A DNA stretch of 64,000 bases, from positions 3,411 to 67,410 of the forward strand of contig CAXGWI010000005.1 of the NCBI GenBank assembly GCA_964013405.1, read 5' to 3'. The notes beneath the pieces were generated by a model that ran no database searches, was not told the origin of the DNA, and saw only the letters and a list, made by a program, of their open reading frames with translations. This stretch comes from an uncultured Myxococcales bacterium (GTDB lineage Bacteria; Myxococcota; UBA4151). Below, piece after piece: positions 26,514-37,686 of the stretch. The stretch's first letter is position 1; the number at the start of each line of letters is the position of its first letter. The position numbers and the translations under genes are program-made.

Positions 26514-27703
26514 CGGGGCTTTCTCCCTCGCTGCAAAATTGGGCGCTCAAGCCCGTACCAACTGGCCGCGCCGAGACCGATGGCGGCGATAAACATCGCG
26601 GGGACCTGAACCCAAGGACTGCTGATGCCTTGTTCAAAGAGGAGGACGCTGACCACCATGAAACCGAGCATGTGCAACAGGTAGAGACCGTAGCTGATCC
26701 GTCCCAGCCAGACAGGGATGGGGTGACTCAGGAAGCTGTGGAGCCCTCTGGGTAGACCGGTGAGGGCGAGGCCAAGCCAGCCGCCAAAACCCAAGGCCAG
26801 AAGGCTGAAGCCGCCCACAGCGAGCCCCGGTCGGTTGATGCCGAGAAGGGGAGCGACGGGGTCCTGCCAGGCCAGCAGGCCCAAGCCGATGAAGGCCAGC
26901 GGGCTCAGGTAGCAGCTGAGCTGGCGGAGGCGGGCCGGCGAGCACCGCTCCGGGTGCCGTTGGGCCCAGGCGACAAAAGCGCCGGCCGCAAAGTCATCCA
27001 AGCGAAAGGGCGTGACGTGATAGATCAAGCCTTCGATGGGCATCTGCTGCAGCGCCAACAGTTTCAGCGCCGGTAGGCCCAGGACCAAGCCGGCGAAGAC
27101 CTTACCTAGATGGCGGCGGGGGAGACGCAAGATGACGAGGGGCCACAGGAGGTAGAAGTGGGCTTCCACACCCAAGGACCAGCTGGGGGTCAGGATCCAA
27201 CTCCAAAAGGGCTGGTCAGTGAAGTTGTGACTCAAGGTGGCGAATCGCCAAAGAGCCAGGCCTTCTGGGTCGTGCTGCAGCGGACCGGGCAAGTGCGGAC
27301 CGAGCCCAAAGGCGATGAGTAAGGTCACAAAATACAGGGGGAGAATTCGCAGGGCTCGCCGGCGATAAAAGGTCCGGAGACTGGCCCCTTGCGGGAGTTC
27401 GAGGAGAATTCGACTGATCAGATAGCCGGAAAGAACAAAGAAAAGGTCCACACCGGCCCAGCCGACTTCCCAAAAACTTCTGGGGCTCTTCTCGGTGATG
27501 GCCGTCAGAAAAGACTGAGGATCACCATTGGCCCACAACACCCATTGGGCGTGCAGCACCATGACCATCAGGATGGCCAAGGCCCTAAGGCCGTCCAACT
27601 GGGGAAGATATCCGCCGCGCCAAGCGCCGGGCTGAGGCTGTTGGTTCACGGCACCAGCCTGCGTCAGCTTGAGGGCTCGATCAAGGTAGCGGCTTTGTGG
27701 CAT
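26510..27703 (-). CDS. Acyltransferase family 3 (OafA/YrhL-like) membrane O-acyltransferase
   Basis: YLPQLDGLRALAILMVMVLHA and FFVLSGYLISRILL are acyltransferase_3 hallmarks. The track ORF extends to 28012 as a Pro/Ser/Thr-rich low-complexity N-terminus. That segment is antisense to a Gly/Asp-rich region of the divergent lipoprotein gene and is probably not translated. The start is therefore uncertain, with ATG 27703 as the candidate. Confidence 0.65.
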   Translation of the reverse strand: MPQSRYLDRALKLTQAGAVNQQPQPGAWRGGYLPQLDGLRALAILMVMVLHAQWVLWANGDPQSFLTAITEKSPRSFWEVGWAGVDLFFVLSGYLISRILLELPQGASLRTFYRRRALRILPLYFVTLLIAFGLGPHLPGPLQHDPEGLALWRFATLSHNFTDQPFWSWILTPSWSLGVEAHFYLLWPLVILRLPRRHLGKVFAGLVLGLPALKLLALQQMPIEGLIYHVTPFRLDDFAAGAFVAWAQRHPERCSPARLRQLSCYLSPLAFIGLGLLAWQDPVAPLLGINRPGLAVGGFSLLALGFGGWLGLALTGLPRGLHSFLSHPIPVWLGRISYGLYLLHMLGFMVVSVLLFEQGISSPWVQVPAMFIAAIGLGAASWYGLERPILQRGRKPR

Positions 27704-27728
27704 GGTCGCCGGGCCGAAGGAGTTTGGT

Positions 27729-28607
27729 ATGCGCGCTGTCTCAATGCTTGCTGTGGGGGTCCTGTTCTGTGCTTGTCCGAGCGAGACGCCGGATGGGGAT
27801 GCGGGGGTCGCGCTCGATACGGGCCCAGGGGGCGGCGGTGCCATGGATGGGGGTGTTGATCCGGCCGACACGGGTGTTGCTCCCGACGGGGACGCCGGTG
27901 GTGGCGATGCCGTTGATGGGGGGGGTGATCCGGTCGATGGCGGCCTTGTTGAGGACGCCGGTGCTGTCGTTGTCGACGCGGGGCCCGTTGAGGGCACCCA
28001 AATGAGCGGCACCGTCCGCGACTTTCAGTCTCAGGTCGGCGTGCCCGGGGTTCGAGTTTGTGTCTACGAGCAGCCGGAGTTTCCCTGCACGACCAGCGAC
28101 CAGGACGGCGCCTATAGTCTCATCGTTCCCCCAGGCGAGTTGGTGATGATCTTCGACCAAGGCGAGAATCCTGTGATTCCGCAACTCATGCCGCTTATCA
28201 TCGGTGAAGCGCCTTTCGGCTGGAACCAGATCGTGATCAATCAGCAGGCCAGCGGCATGATGTTCCAGCTTTGGGGCCAAGAAAACGACCCGACAAAGGG
28301 AAGCGTGGCGGTGACCAGTTTTGTGGCGCCGCGGGAGTCCGATGGCCTGCAGGGCGCGGTGGCTGCGATCGATCCGGTGCGTGGCGCTGGGCCCTTCTAT
28401 ACCGCCAATGGATTTCCCAGCGCCGGCGCTTCGGTGACCGACACTAATGGCCTTGCGGCTTTCCTGAACGTGGATCCGGGCGAAGGTTTCACAGCCACCG
28501 TCACCAAGGAGGGCTGGACCTGTGAGGTGCCGAGCGACCGAGAGCCCAACAGCTTCCCGGTGGTAGCCGGTCACCTCACCAGCGTCACTCGCCGGTGCAC
28601 CGAATAG
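27729..28607 (+). CDS. Lipoprotein with Gly/Asp-rich linker and carboxypeptidase-regulatory-like beta-sandwich domain
   Basis: GAAGGAG lies 9 nt before ATG 27729. Signal MRAVSMLAVGVLFCAC. GTVRDFQSQVGVPGVRVCVYEQPEFPCTTSDQDGAYSLIV matches the CarbopepD_reg pattern. Confidence 0.55.
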   Translation: MRAVSMLAVGVLFCACPSETPDGDAGVALDTGPGGGGAMDGGVDPADTGVAPDGDAGGGDAVDGGGDPVDGGLVEDAGAVVVDAGPVEGTQMSGTVRDFQSQVGVPGVRVCVYEQPEFPCTTSDQDGAYSLIVPPGELVMIFDQGENPVIPQLMPLIIGEAPFGWNQIVINQQASGMMFQLWGQENDPTKGSVAVTSFVAPRESDGLQGAVAAIDPVRGAGPFYTANGFPSAGASVTDTNGLAAFLNVDPGEGFTATVTKEGWTCEVPSDREPNSFPVVAGHLTSVTRRCTE

Positions 28608-28612
28608 CCGAC

Positions 28613-30136
28613 CTAATCGCGGTCTCGGTCTTTGAGTTTGGCGTGCAGGGCCTGGCGACTGATCCCAAGGCAGCGGGCCGCTTCTGATTTTTTGCCGCGG
28701 CAGTGTTTCAGGGTTGCGTCGACGATGCGCTGTTCGAAGGCGCGCATTTGATCCTTCAGGCTGACGCTGCCATCGGCGATGATGTCCAGGCTGCGGGGGG
28801 CGACTTCCTGTCGAAGTTCGGGTGAGCAGCGATTGAGCTCGATGGCCTCACCGGGCGGCGTAAGGGCCACGAGTCGCTCTGCCTCTCGGCGCAGCTGCCG
28901 CACATTACCCGGCCAGTGATAGGCCTCAAAGCGTTCCACCACTTCTGGGGCGATCCCCCGGATCGGCTTTTGCCACGCTTCGCTGGTCTGCGCGACAAAG
29001 CGTTCCAGCATCAAGGGAATGTCCAGCAGTCGCTCCCGCAGGGGGGGGACGGTGACTTGGACCGAGAAGAGTCGATAGTAGAGGTCTTCCCGAAAGCTAC
29101 CGTCGGCCACCTTGGCTTCTAGATCTTGATTGGTCGCTGACAACAAGCGGAAGTGGTAGTGGACCAGCCGCTGACCACCCACTCGGCGCCCTTCTTTTTG
29201 CTCCAATGCGCGCAGGAGCTTTGCCTGCAGGGCCAAAGGCATTTCACCCACTTCATCGAGAAAGAGCGTGCCGCTCGCGGCCATCTCCAAAAATCCGGGT
29301 TTGCTTTTCTCTGCCCCCGTAAAAGCCCCCCGTTCATGGCCAAAGAACTCACTCTCGATGAGGTTTTCTGGGATGGCCGCGCAATTGACGGCCACGAAGG
29401 GGCGCCCTGGGTCGCCGGAGAGTTGGTGTAGTCGCCGGGCCACCAGCTCCTTGCCCGTGCCATTCTCGCCGGTGATCAAGACGGCCGCAGGGGTTGGTCC
29501 GAGGGCTTCGATCTCATCGAGGATCTGAATCATCTGTGGGTCACTGGCGATAAAGGAGCGGCTGCGATCGGGTAGGGACGCGAGCTCTCGACTCAGTTCG
29601 GCGCCGAGCGCGACCAGGCGATCCTGGGCCCAGACGGACTCGATGGCGTGGGAAAGGCCGTCGGCTAGCCCTTCGAGGCGCTCTTGGTCCTGATCGCTAA
29701 AGCCGCCCTCCTTGTTGAGCACTTCGATAACCCCCACGACCTCAGAGCCCATGGCTCGGCTGCGGACGGGTACACAGAGGATGTTTTGGAGTTGGAAGCC
29801 GGTGGCCTTCTCAGCCTGCTGATGGGAGGGGGCTGCGGGGTTGGGCTCATTGTCGATCACTGCTTCGCCGCTGGTCGCCACTCGGCCGGCGATGCTTTTG
29901 GGGTCGCTGACCTCGATCTCTCCTTCGGAGATCCCCGTGCCATACTTGGCGCCCAAGGTGTCGTCTTCGGGGTCGGCTAGGAAGATGGAGCAACGCTCAC
30001 AGTGAAAGAGCTTGGGGAGCAGCTCCACGAAGACTCGAATCAGTCGATCATGGGTTTCCTCCCGACCGAGATCGGCGAGAGATTGCACCCGGTGCTGGAC
30101 GTGTTGGAGCCGTTCGCCAAAACCAAGAGTGTCCAT
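28613..30136 (-). CDS. Sigma-54-dependent transcriptional activator with N-terminal GAF domain
   Basis: GAF-like N-terminus. Walker A GENGTGKE. GAFTGA motif in FFGHERGAFTGA. C-terminal HTH (ARCLGISRQALHAKLK). Confidence 0.85.
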   Translation of the reverse strand: MDTLGFGERLQHVQHRVQSLADLGREETHDRLIRVFVELLPKLFHCERCSIFLADPEDDTLGAKYGTGISEGEIEVSDPKSIAGRVATSGEAVIDNEPNPAAPSHQQAEKATGFQLQNILCVPVRSRAMGSEVVGVIEVLNKEGGFSDQDQERLEGLADGLSHAIESVWAQDRLVALGAELSRELASLPDRSRSFIASDPQMIQILDEIEALGPTPAAVLITGENGTGKELVARRLHQLSGDPGRPFVAVNCAAIPENLIESEFFGHERGAFTGAEKSKPGFLEMAASGTLFLDEVGEMPLALQAKLLRALEQKEGRRVGGQRLVHYHFRLLSATNQDLEAKVADGSFREDLYYRLFSVQVTVPPLRERLLDIPLMLERFVAQTSEAWQKPIRGIAPEVVERFEAYHWPGNVRQLRREAERLVALTPPGEAIELNRCSPELRQEVAPRSLDIIADGSVSLKDQMRAFEQRIVDATLKHCRGKKSEAARCLGISRQALHAKLKDRDRD

Positions 30137-30256
30137 GCTTCTTTCCTTTTGACCTGATTCCTTGACTGGTGCTTACCATTTTTAACAACGACAAGTTAAC
30201 TTGTCCTTCTTGACCCCCGAGGCAGGGCTTCCTAGTTCAGGGAGAGGAGAGACGAG

Positions 30257-31252
30257 ATGGCAGTTCGAGCGAAGGTGTTGGGCACTGGGAGTTATCTGCC
30301 GCCTAAGGTGGTCACGAATGACGACCTCGCACAGATCATGGATACCTCTGACGAGTGGATCCAACAGCGCTCCGGGATCAAGGCCCGCCGTTTCGTCGAT
30401 GAAGGGGTTGTGACGAGTGATTTAGCTTTCGAAGCCTCAAAGGCCGCCCTCGCTTCGGCCGGGCTCGAAGCCAGCGATCTGGACATGATCATCGTCGCGA
30501 CCTTTACGCCGGATCACTTCTTTCCCGGTCTCTCCAGCTTCCTGCAGCGCAAACTCGGGCTCGATGCCACCCCCGCGATGGACCTGCGTTGCCAATGTAC
30601 CGGCTTCGTTTATGCCCTGCAGACAGCGCGGGCCTTCGTGGAGTCTGGTATTTATCAACGGGTTCTTGTTTGTGGCGCTGAACTTCATTCCCGAGGCTTG
30701 GAGTTCACGGACCGGGGGCGGGATACGGCCGTTTTGTTTGGTGATGGGGCGGGAGCGCTCATTCTCGGGCCGAGCGAGGCCGGTGACGGGATTCTCAATT
30801 GTCGTGTGTATGCCCAAGGTGAGCACGCTGAACGGCTCTGGATGGATGCGCCGGGACTGGCCTATCAGGGGCTGACCAACGCCCAGATGATTGCCGAGGG
30901 TCGGCAGGTGCCCTCGATGGACGGTCGTTTCGTCTTTAAGAATGCCGTGGCTCGCATGCCGGAAGTACTTCTGGAGACGCTAGGGGAATGCAGCCTAGGT
31001 CTTGATGACGTGGACCACTTCCTCTTTCATCAAGCGAATCTACGCATCAATGAGATGGTTGCCCGCAAGTTAGGCGCCGATCCCAGCAAAGTGCACAACA
31101 ACATCCAAGTGACCGGGAACACCAGTGCGGCCACTCTGCCGATCCTCTTCGACCAGATCATCCGGGAGGGTTTGGTTGCGCGGGGTCAATTGGTGACCAT
31201 GACGGGATTCGGCAGCGGGTTTACTTGGGGCAGCTGCGTCATGCGCTACTAG
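30257..31252 (+). CDS. fabH: 3-oxoacyl-ACP synthase III (FabH-type KAS III)
   Basis: AKVLGTGSYLPPKVVTNDDLAQIMDTSDEWIQQRSGIKARRF. Active-site Cys context LRCQCTGFVYAL. 331 aa. Confidence 0.85.
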   Translation: MAVRAKVLGTGSYLPPKVVTNDDLAQIMDTSDEWIQQRSGIKARRFVDEGVVTSDLAFEASKAALASAGLEASDLDMIIVATFTPDHFFPGLSSFLQRKLGLDATPAMDLRCQCTGFVYALQTARAFVESGIYQRVLVCGAELHSRGLEFTDRGRDTAVLFGDGAGALILGPSEAGDGILNCRVYAQGEHAERLWMDAPGLAYQGLTNAQMIAEGRQVPSMDGRFVFKNAVARMPEVLLETLGECSLGLDDVDHFLFHQANLRINEMVARKLGADPSKVHNNIQVTGNTSAATLPILFDQIIREGLVARGQLVTMTGFGSGFTWGSCVMRY

Positions 31253-31560
31253 GCGCCGAGACCGACCAGGCGCAGGACAGCCCAGACGAGCCAAGACGCG
31301 AGCAGTGCCGGCTCAACCGCAGACCACAGCATGCGAGCTTGTGGGCCCGCCACCAAGCGACGGTGGTTTTGGGGAATCAAGCTCAAGAGGACGCAGGCCG
31401 TTAGGATGGCGAAGAGGAAGGGGCCAAAGAGGTGTGCGTCGAAGGCCTGGCTCCATTGAAGATGACCCATATGAACGAAGGCTCGGGTGAGGCCGCACCC
31501 AGGGCAGTTCAGGTCGGTCCAGCGACGAAAGATACAGATGATGGGGCCGCTGTGGACCAC
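31249..31560 (-). CDS. DUF2752-family small membrane protein (CPxCGxTRA motif)
   Basis: CIFRRWTDLNCPGCGLTRA is followed by two hydrophobic helices. The annotated start is GTG 31560. An in-frame hydrophobic segment upstream lacks a start codon (see findings). Confidence 0.55.
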   Translation of the reverse strand: MVHSGPIICIFRRWTDLNCPGCGLTRAFVHMGHLQWSQAFDAHLFGPFLFAILTACVLLSLIPQNHRRLVAGPQARMLWSAVEPALLASWLVWAVLRLVGLGA

Positions 31561-31708
31561 CGTTGTTGGGACGAGGGCCGATACCAGGAGGATGAGGGCG
31601 CTGACGGTCCGGCCGGTCCGGCTGAAGAGACCGTCGACCCATAGTGCTGGGCTCTGTTCTCGGGGGGCAGGGGGGGCGTCATGGGTCGTCGTCGATTCGA
31701 TGGCCGCC

Positions 31709-31936
31709 TCACTTCACCAAAGGGCGACCCAGAACATCGGGCAGCTGATTGGTCGCGATCAGGACGATGTCGTAGAGGGCCCAAAGTCCACAGCCACCGA
31801 AGGTCAGGAGCTTCAAGGTACCCAAGAGACGGTAGCCGAGATAAAAGCGATCCAGACCGAGAAAGCCGGTCAGGACCGCGAGGATCAGGGCCAGGATCCA
31901 GTGACATGGCTCCATCGGTTCGGCGTCTTCGCCCAC
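31709..31936 (-). CDS. TM2-domain protein (two-helix membrane protein)
   Basis: LGLDRFYLGYRLLGTLKLLTFGGCGLWALYDIVLI matches the TM2 consensus (hRFYLG...G..G.W.l.D). Confidence 0.65.
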   Translation of the reverse strand: MGEDAEPMEPCHWILALILAVLTGFLGLDRFYLGYRLLGTLKLLTFGGCGLWALYDIVLIATNQLPDVLGRPLVK

Positions 31937-32054
31937 AGTACCCCCTTCACTTCTGTTAAGTGTGGGAGTGGAACCGCCGGGTCAAGACCTTGGGAGCGGG
32001 CTCCCCCGGCAGTGTACATTTGTGCCCGGGCCCGGTGAGGTCTAGTCTGTTGCC

Positions 32055-33425
32055 ATGATTCGTGTCGTCTGTTTCGGGCTTGCCATGGTCTTCGTGATGG
32101 CTTGCGAAGACCCCGAGCCGCTCCCCCCCACGCCGGAGGAGTTGGCCCGCCTCATGGATCCCCAGACCTGTGGGGAGTGTCATCCGGCTCACCTCAGCGA
32201 ATGGGCTGGCTCGATGCACGCCTACGCCAGCGAGGACCCGGTATTTTTGGCCATGAACGCCAAGGGGCAGCGGGAAACCGGCGGGCAGCTCGGTTCTTTC
32301 TGTGTTCAATGCCATGCGCCTGTAGCCGTTCGCACGGGGGCCACGACGGATGGATTGAACCTGGCCGAGCTCCCGGCCGCTATGAAAGGGGTCACCTGTT
32401 ACGCCTGTCATGCCGTGTCTGCGGTGGAAGGAAGTCACAACAACCCACTGGTCTTTAGTGACGATGGTGTGATGCGAGGGGGCTTTGCCGACGCGGCTGA
32501 GAATCCGGTGCACGCCTCGAGCTACAGCAACCTCCACGACCGAGATCACCTCGCCAGTGCCGATCTCTGTGGCAGTTGCCATGATATCGTGAACCCTCTG
32601 GGTGTTCACCTCGAACAGACCTACAAAGAGTGGAAAGACAGCCTGTTCAGCGATCCGACCAACCCGGACCGCTCCACTTGTAATCGCTGCCATATGCCCG
32701 GTCGCACCGATGTGATCGCGGACTACGAGGGGGTGTCTTTGCGTCGCCACCATGATCACCGCATGCCTGGTGTGGATGTGGCCCTGACCCCGTTCCCAGA
32801 TCGGGAAGGCCAGCGGGCCGCAGTCCAGTTGAGCTTAGACACCACGCTGTCAGCCAGACTTTGTGTGGGTTGGGATGGGGAAAACACCCGTTTGTTGGTG
32901 CAGATGGAGAACATGGGCGCCGGGCACGCATGGCCCAGCGGTGCGGTTCAGGATCGGCGGGCATGGATCGAGATCATTGGTCACGAGGGGGATACCCTGC
33001 GTTTCTCCACAGGTCAGGTCGCCGATGGTGAGCCGATGACGAATCTCAAGGCTGAGGACCCCCAGATGATCACCTTTGGCGCCACGGGATACGATGCTGA
33101 GGGCAATGTGACCCATGACTTCTGGGATATGGTGCGCACCGAGTCCGATTTGATGCCTTCGCCTATCCCCCACCTTCGCGGGATCGATACGGGGGAAAAC
33201 CACCGCAACTACAACCTGTCCTTTCCGGGCGCCGTCGATCGGGTGGAGATGCGGGTGCGGTTGCGACCCATGGGCCTGGAGATCCTCCAGGAACTCATCG
33301 ATCATGAGGGCTTAGATCCGGCTGTGAAGGCGGCCATGCCGACTTTTGATTTGGGCTCAACGCGCCTGGTCTGGACCCCTGAAGCGGCCGACCAGAGCGG
33401 CTGCGTGCCAGCCCTTTCCCGCTAA
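32055..33425 (+). CDS. Multiheme c-type cytochrome lipoprotein (five CxxCH motifs)
   Basis: Lipoprotein-like signal LAMVFVMAC. Five CxxCH motifs: CGECH, CVQCH, CYACH, CGSCH and CNRCH. Confidence 0.75.
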   Translation: MIRVVCFGLAMVFVMACEDPEPLPPTPEELARLMDPQTCGECHPAHLSEWAGSMHAYASEDPVFLAMNAKGQRETGGQLGSFCVQCHAPVAVRTGATTDGLNLAELPAAMKGVTCYACHAVSAVEGSHNNPLVFSDDGVMRGGFADAAENPVHASSYSNLHDRDHLASADLCGSCHDIVNPLGVHLEQTYKEWKDSLFSDPTNPDRSTCNRCHMPGRTDVIADYEGVSLRRHHDHRMPGVDVALTPFPDREGQRAAVQLSLDTTLSARLCVGWDGENTRLLVQMENMGAGHAWPSGAVQDRRAWIEIIGHEGDTLRFSTGQVADGEPMTNLKAEDPQMITFGATGYDAEGNVTHDFWDMVRTESDLMPSPIPHLRGIDTGENHRNYNLSFPGAVDRVEMRVRLRPMGLEILQELIDHEGLDPAVKAAMPTFDLGSTRLVWTPEAADQSGCVPALSR

Positions 33426-33472
33426 AGTCTCGAAGCCCTTTTCCTTCGGCTCATTCAGCGCGAACAGCCCCC

Positions 33473-35418
<1,946 letters not shown>

Positions 35419-35422
<4 letters not shown>

Positions 35423-36342
35423 ACCCGCTCGGCAAACCAGGCCACGGTTTGCTGAAGGCCTGTTTGGAGGTCCATGCGGGGTGTCCAGCCTAAGCGCTCG
35501 GTCGCCAACTGATGACTGATCACGCTGCGACGCTGTTCCCCCGGCTTGCCCGGCGCGTAGGCGGGCTCGCCGTCATACTTGGCCGCATCGCCGATCACGC
35601 GGGCAAGTTCATTCACATCGGTTTCAATGCCCGTCCCGATATTCATCGATCCGGAGGCCTCGGGATGGTCGAGTAAACTCAGATAGCCGGCCACCACGTC
35701 GCCCACATAGACATAGTCTCTTGTTTGTCCCCCATCACCGAAGATGGTGGGCTGCTCGCCAGCGAGCATCTTTTGGCTAAAGATCGCGACCACGCCAGCC
35801 TCCCCATGGGGATCTTGGCGAGGACCATAAACATTCGCCAAGCGAAGGGCAGCGGTTCGCATGCCGCTGGTTCGCCCGAAGTAGTCTAGGTACTGTTCGC
35901 CGGCGAGCTTGGACAGCCCGTAGGGGCTTTCACTGCGACAGGGGTGGGACTCGGAGGCAGGATACTCGGACTGCTCGCCGTAAATGGCCCCCCCGGTACT
36001 CGCCATGGCAAAGAGTTGGCAGCCGCTCTCGGCGGCAGCCCGTGCAAGGGCAATGGTCCCCAGGACATTGACTTGGGCATCGAAAATTGGATCGGCGACA
36101 CTATGGCGCACGTCCATCTGGGCGGCGAAGTGAAAGACCGCATCGGGGGCAAAGTCCCGCAGGGCGTCGATCGCTTCCGGTTGGGTGATATCCAGTTGAA
36201 GAAATCGAGCTTGCTCCGGCAGGTTTGCCCTGCTGCCACGACTCAAGTCGTCGATGATGAGGACCTCATGCCCTCGGGCACAAGCGCCGTCTGCAAGGTG
36301 TGAGCCGATAAAACCGGCGCCGCCGGTAACGAGGGTGCGCAT
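35419..36342 (-). CDS. NAD-dependent epimerase/dehydratase (extended SDR, GalE/UXS-like)
   Basis: TGGAGFIGSHL dinucleotide motif. YGLSK is a YxxxK catalytic motif. GAGGAG lies 7 nt upstream of ATG 36342. The track ORF begins 5 codons earlier. Confidence 0.8.
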
Positions 36343-36366
36343 TTGAGATCTCCTCAAGCCAATGGT

Positions 36367-37473
36367 CTAGTCGAGGGCCGCGACGAGGGCATCTGTGACC
36401 CGTTGTTGCCAAGCAGCGACCGAGTAGATTTCCTGGGCTTGCTTGCGCGCTTTCCTGCGAATTCTTTGTAGTTTGGATCGATTCCGATCCCAGTCCTTGA
36501 GTGTGGCGACCAGTGCATCCACGTCCCGCCGTTCCACCACGCTGTCTTTGGCAACCGAGCCGAGGACGCCGCGGGCGCAACCCACATCGAAGCTGGCCAC
36601 CGCTTTGCCTCGGGCCATGGCCTCCAGCCAAACCAGCGGCAGGCCTTCTTGGATATGGGAAGGGAAGATGAGCACCTGGCTATCCTCCAGGGGCTCCCAT
36701 GCGGTTTCAGGGGGGCGCCGGCCGTGGAAATGAACCCGGTCCTTTAGTCCGAGGCTCTCGATCTTCCTGTGGATTTCCTGTGCATAGGTTTCCGATGAAA
36801 AGTTGCCGACCACATCCAAATGAACGCCGGGCAGTTGGGCCATGGCATCGACGGCATAGGTAAACCCTTTGATATGATGAATGTTGCCGATGTAGCACAG
36901 GCGAAACGGCCCCGTGTGTTTGAGGGGCTGCGGCGCGGGGATCGGCACCCCGTTAAAAACGGCCCTCCAGGGCACATGGGCTTCGATGAGCCCGCCAAAA
37001 GGGTGAAAGGACTCGTGTAAGAGGATGTTCATCCGCGCGTTGTTGAGCATGCGCCGATGGAGTTTGCGGATCACTGGGTGATCGGGCTGCCCCTCGTAGT
37101 TGTGGCCGATGCGTTCGTTGTGAATGTGGAGGCAATAGGGGACTCCACGTGCCTGGCACACTTGCATCAGTAAGGCATCGCGCAACACGGCCAGGCCAAA
37201 GAGACCGGGGGTATAATAGACCAGATCGACCCCCTTTAAGCGGCGCGCTAAGCGGGGGAACAACTGGACTGCTCTTTTGGCTTTGTTCAAAGCGAGCTTT
37301 CCGGTCGTTTCGATCTCCTTCATCGACTCAATGCTTTGAATTGGCAGGATATCGACATCAAAGGCCTCGTGTAGCGGGCCGCCGTCGAGCAGGCGCTGAT
37401 TCGAGACGCTGACACCGTGCGCTGGGGGCGGCAGGTGGCCGACAAACAGGAGCTTGGGTCGGGCTTTTGTCAT
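36367..37473 (-). CDS. Family 4 glycosyltransferase (GT-B, Glycos_transf_1)
   Basis: EGLPLVWLEAMARGKAVASFDVG is an EX7E-type GT4 C-terminal motif. Confidence 0.8.
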   Translation of the reverse strand: MTKARPKLLFVGHLPPPAHGVSVSNQRLLDGGPLHEAFDVDILPIQSIESMKEIETTGKLALNKAKRAVQLFPRLARRLKGVDLVYYTPGLFGLAVLRDALLMQVCQARGVPYCLHIHNERIGHNYEGQPDHPVIRKLHRRMLNNARMNILLHESFHPFGGLIEAHVPWRAVFNGVPIPAPQPLKHTGPFRLCYIGNIHHIKGFTYAVDAMAQLPGVHLDVVGNFSSETYAQEIHRKIESLGLKDRVHFHGRRPPETAWEPLEDSQVLIFPSHIQEGLPLVWLEAMARGKAVASFDVGCARGVLGSVAKDSVVERRDVDALVATLKDWDRNRSKLQRIRRKARKQAQEIYSVAAWQQRVTDALVAALD

Positions 37474-37686
37474 GGGGTAGCTAGGCCTTTAGCGGTGAGA
37501 TTGAGTCAAGGAGGTGAGAAGCACCAGATCCCGTTCAGAGCCTCTTCGCGGGGCAGGTACTTGACTCTCGGGGTCGGATCAAGGCTTGCGTGCCCTGTCT
37601 TTGGCCAAGGATTTGAAGCTTGTGTGCGAAAGCGGAGCCTAGGCGAATGGGCTGAGTCTTGGTTCACCGGGGCCGTCGCGCATCGC

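Noticed and set aside
27702-27728. Upstream ATG 27702 of the lipoprotein ORF
   Set aside because: The ATG at 27729 has a well-spaced GAAGGAG RBS and starts a proper signal peptide. The longer form adds nine residues with no RBS.
30137-30256. Candidate sigma-54 (-24/-12) or TTGACT -35 promoter upstream of fabH
   Set aside because: TGGTGC...TTTT lacks the GC at -12. A TTGACT hexamer at 30162 has no suitably spaced -10. Not reportable as a feature.
31956-32759. 267-aa minus-strand ORF
   Set aside because: Antisense to the pentahaem cytochrome gene. The CxxCH motifs exist only in the plus frame.
37474-37686. 213-bp intergenic region inspected for tRNA/ncRNA
   Set aside because: No T-arm (GGTTCGAnTCC-like) or cloverleaf-compatible complementarity. 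It probably holds only promoter and terminator sequence for the GT4-epimerase operon.
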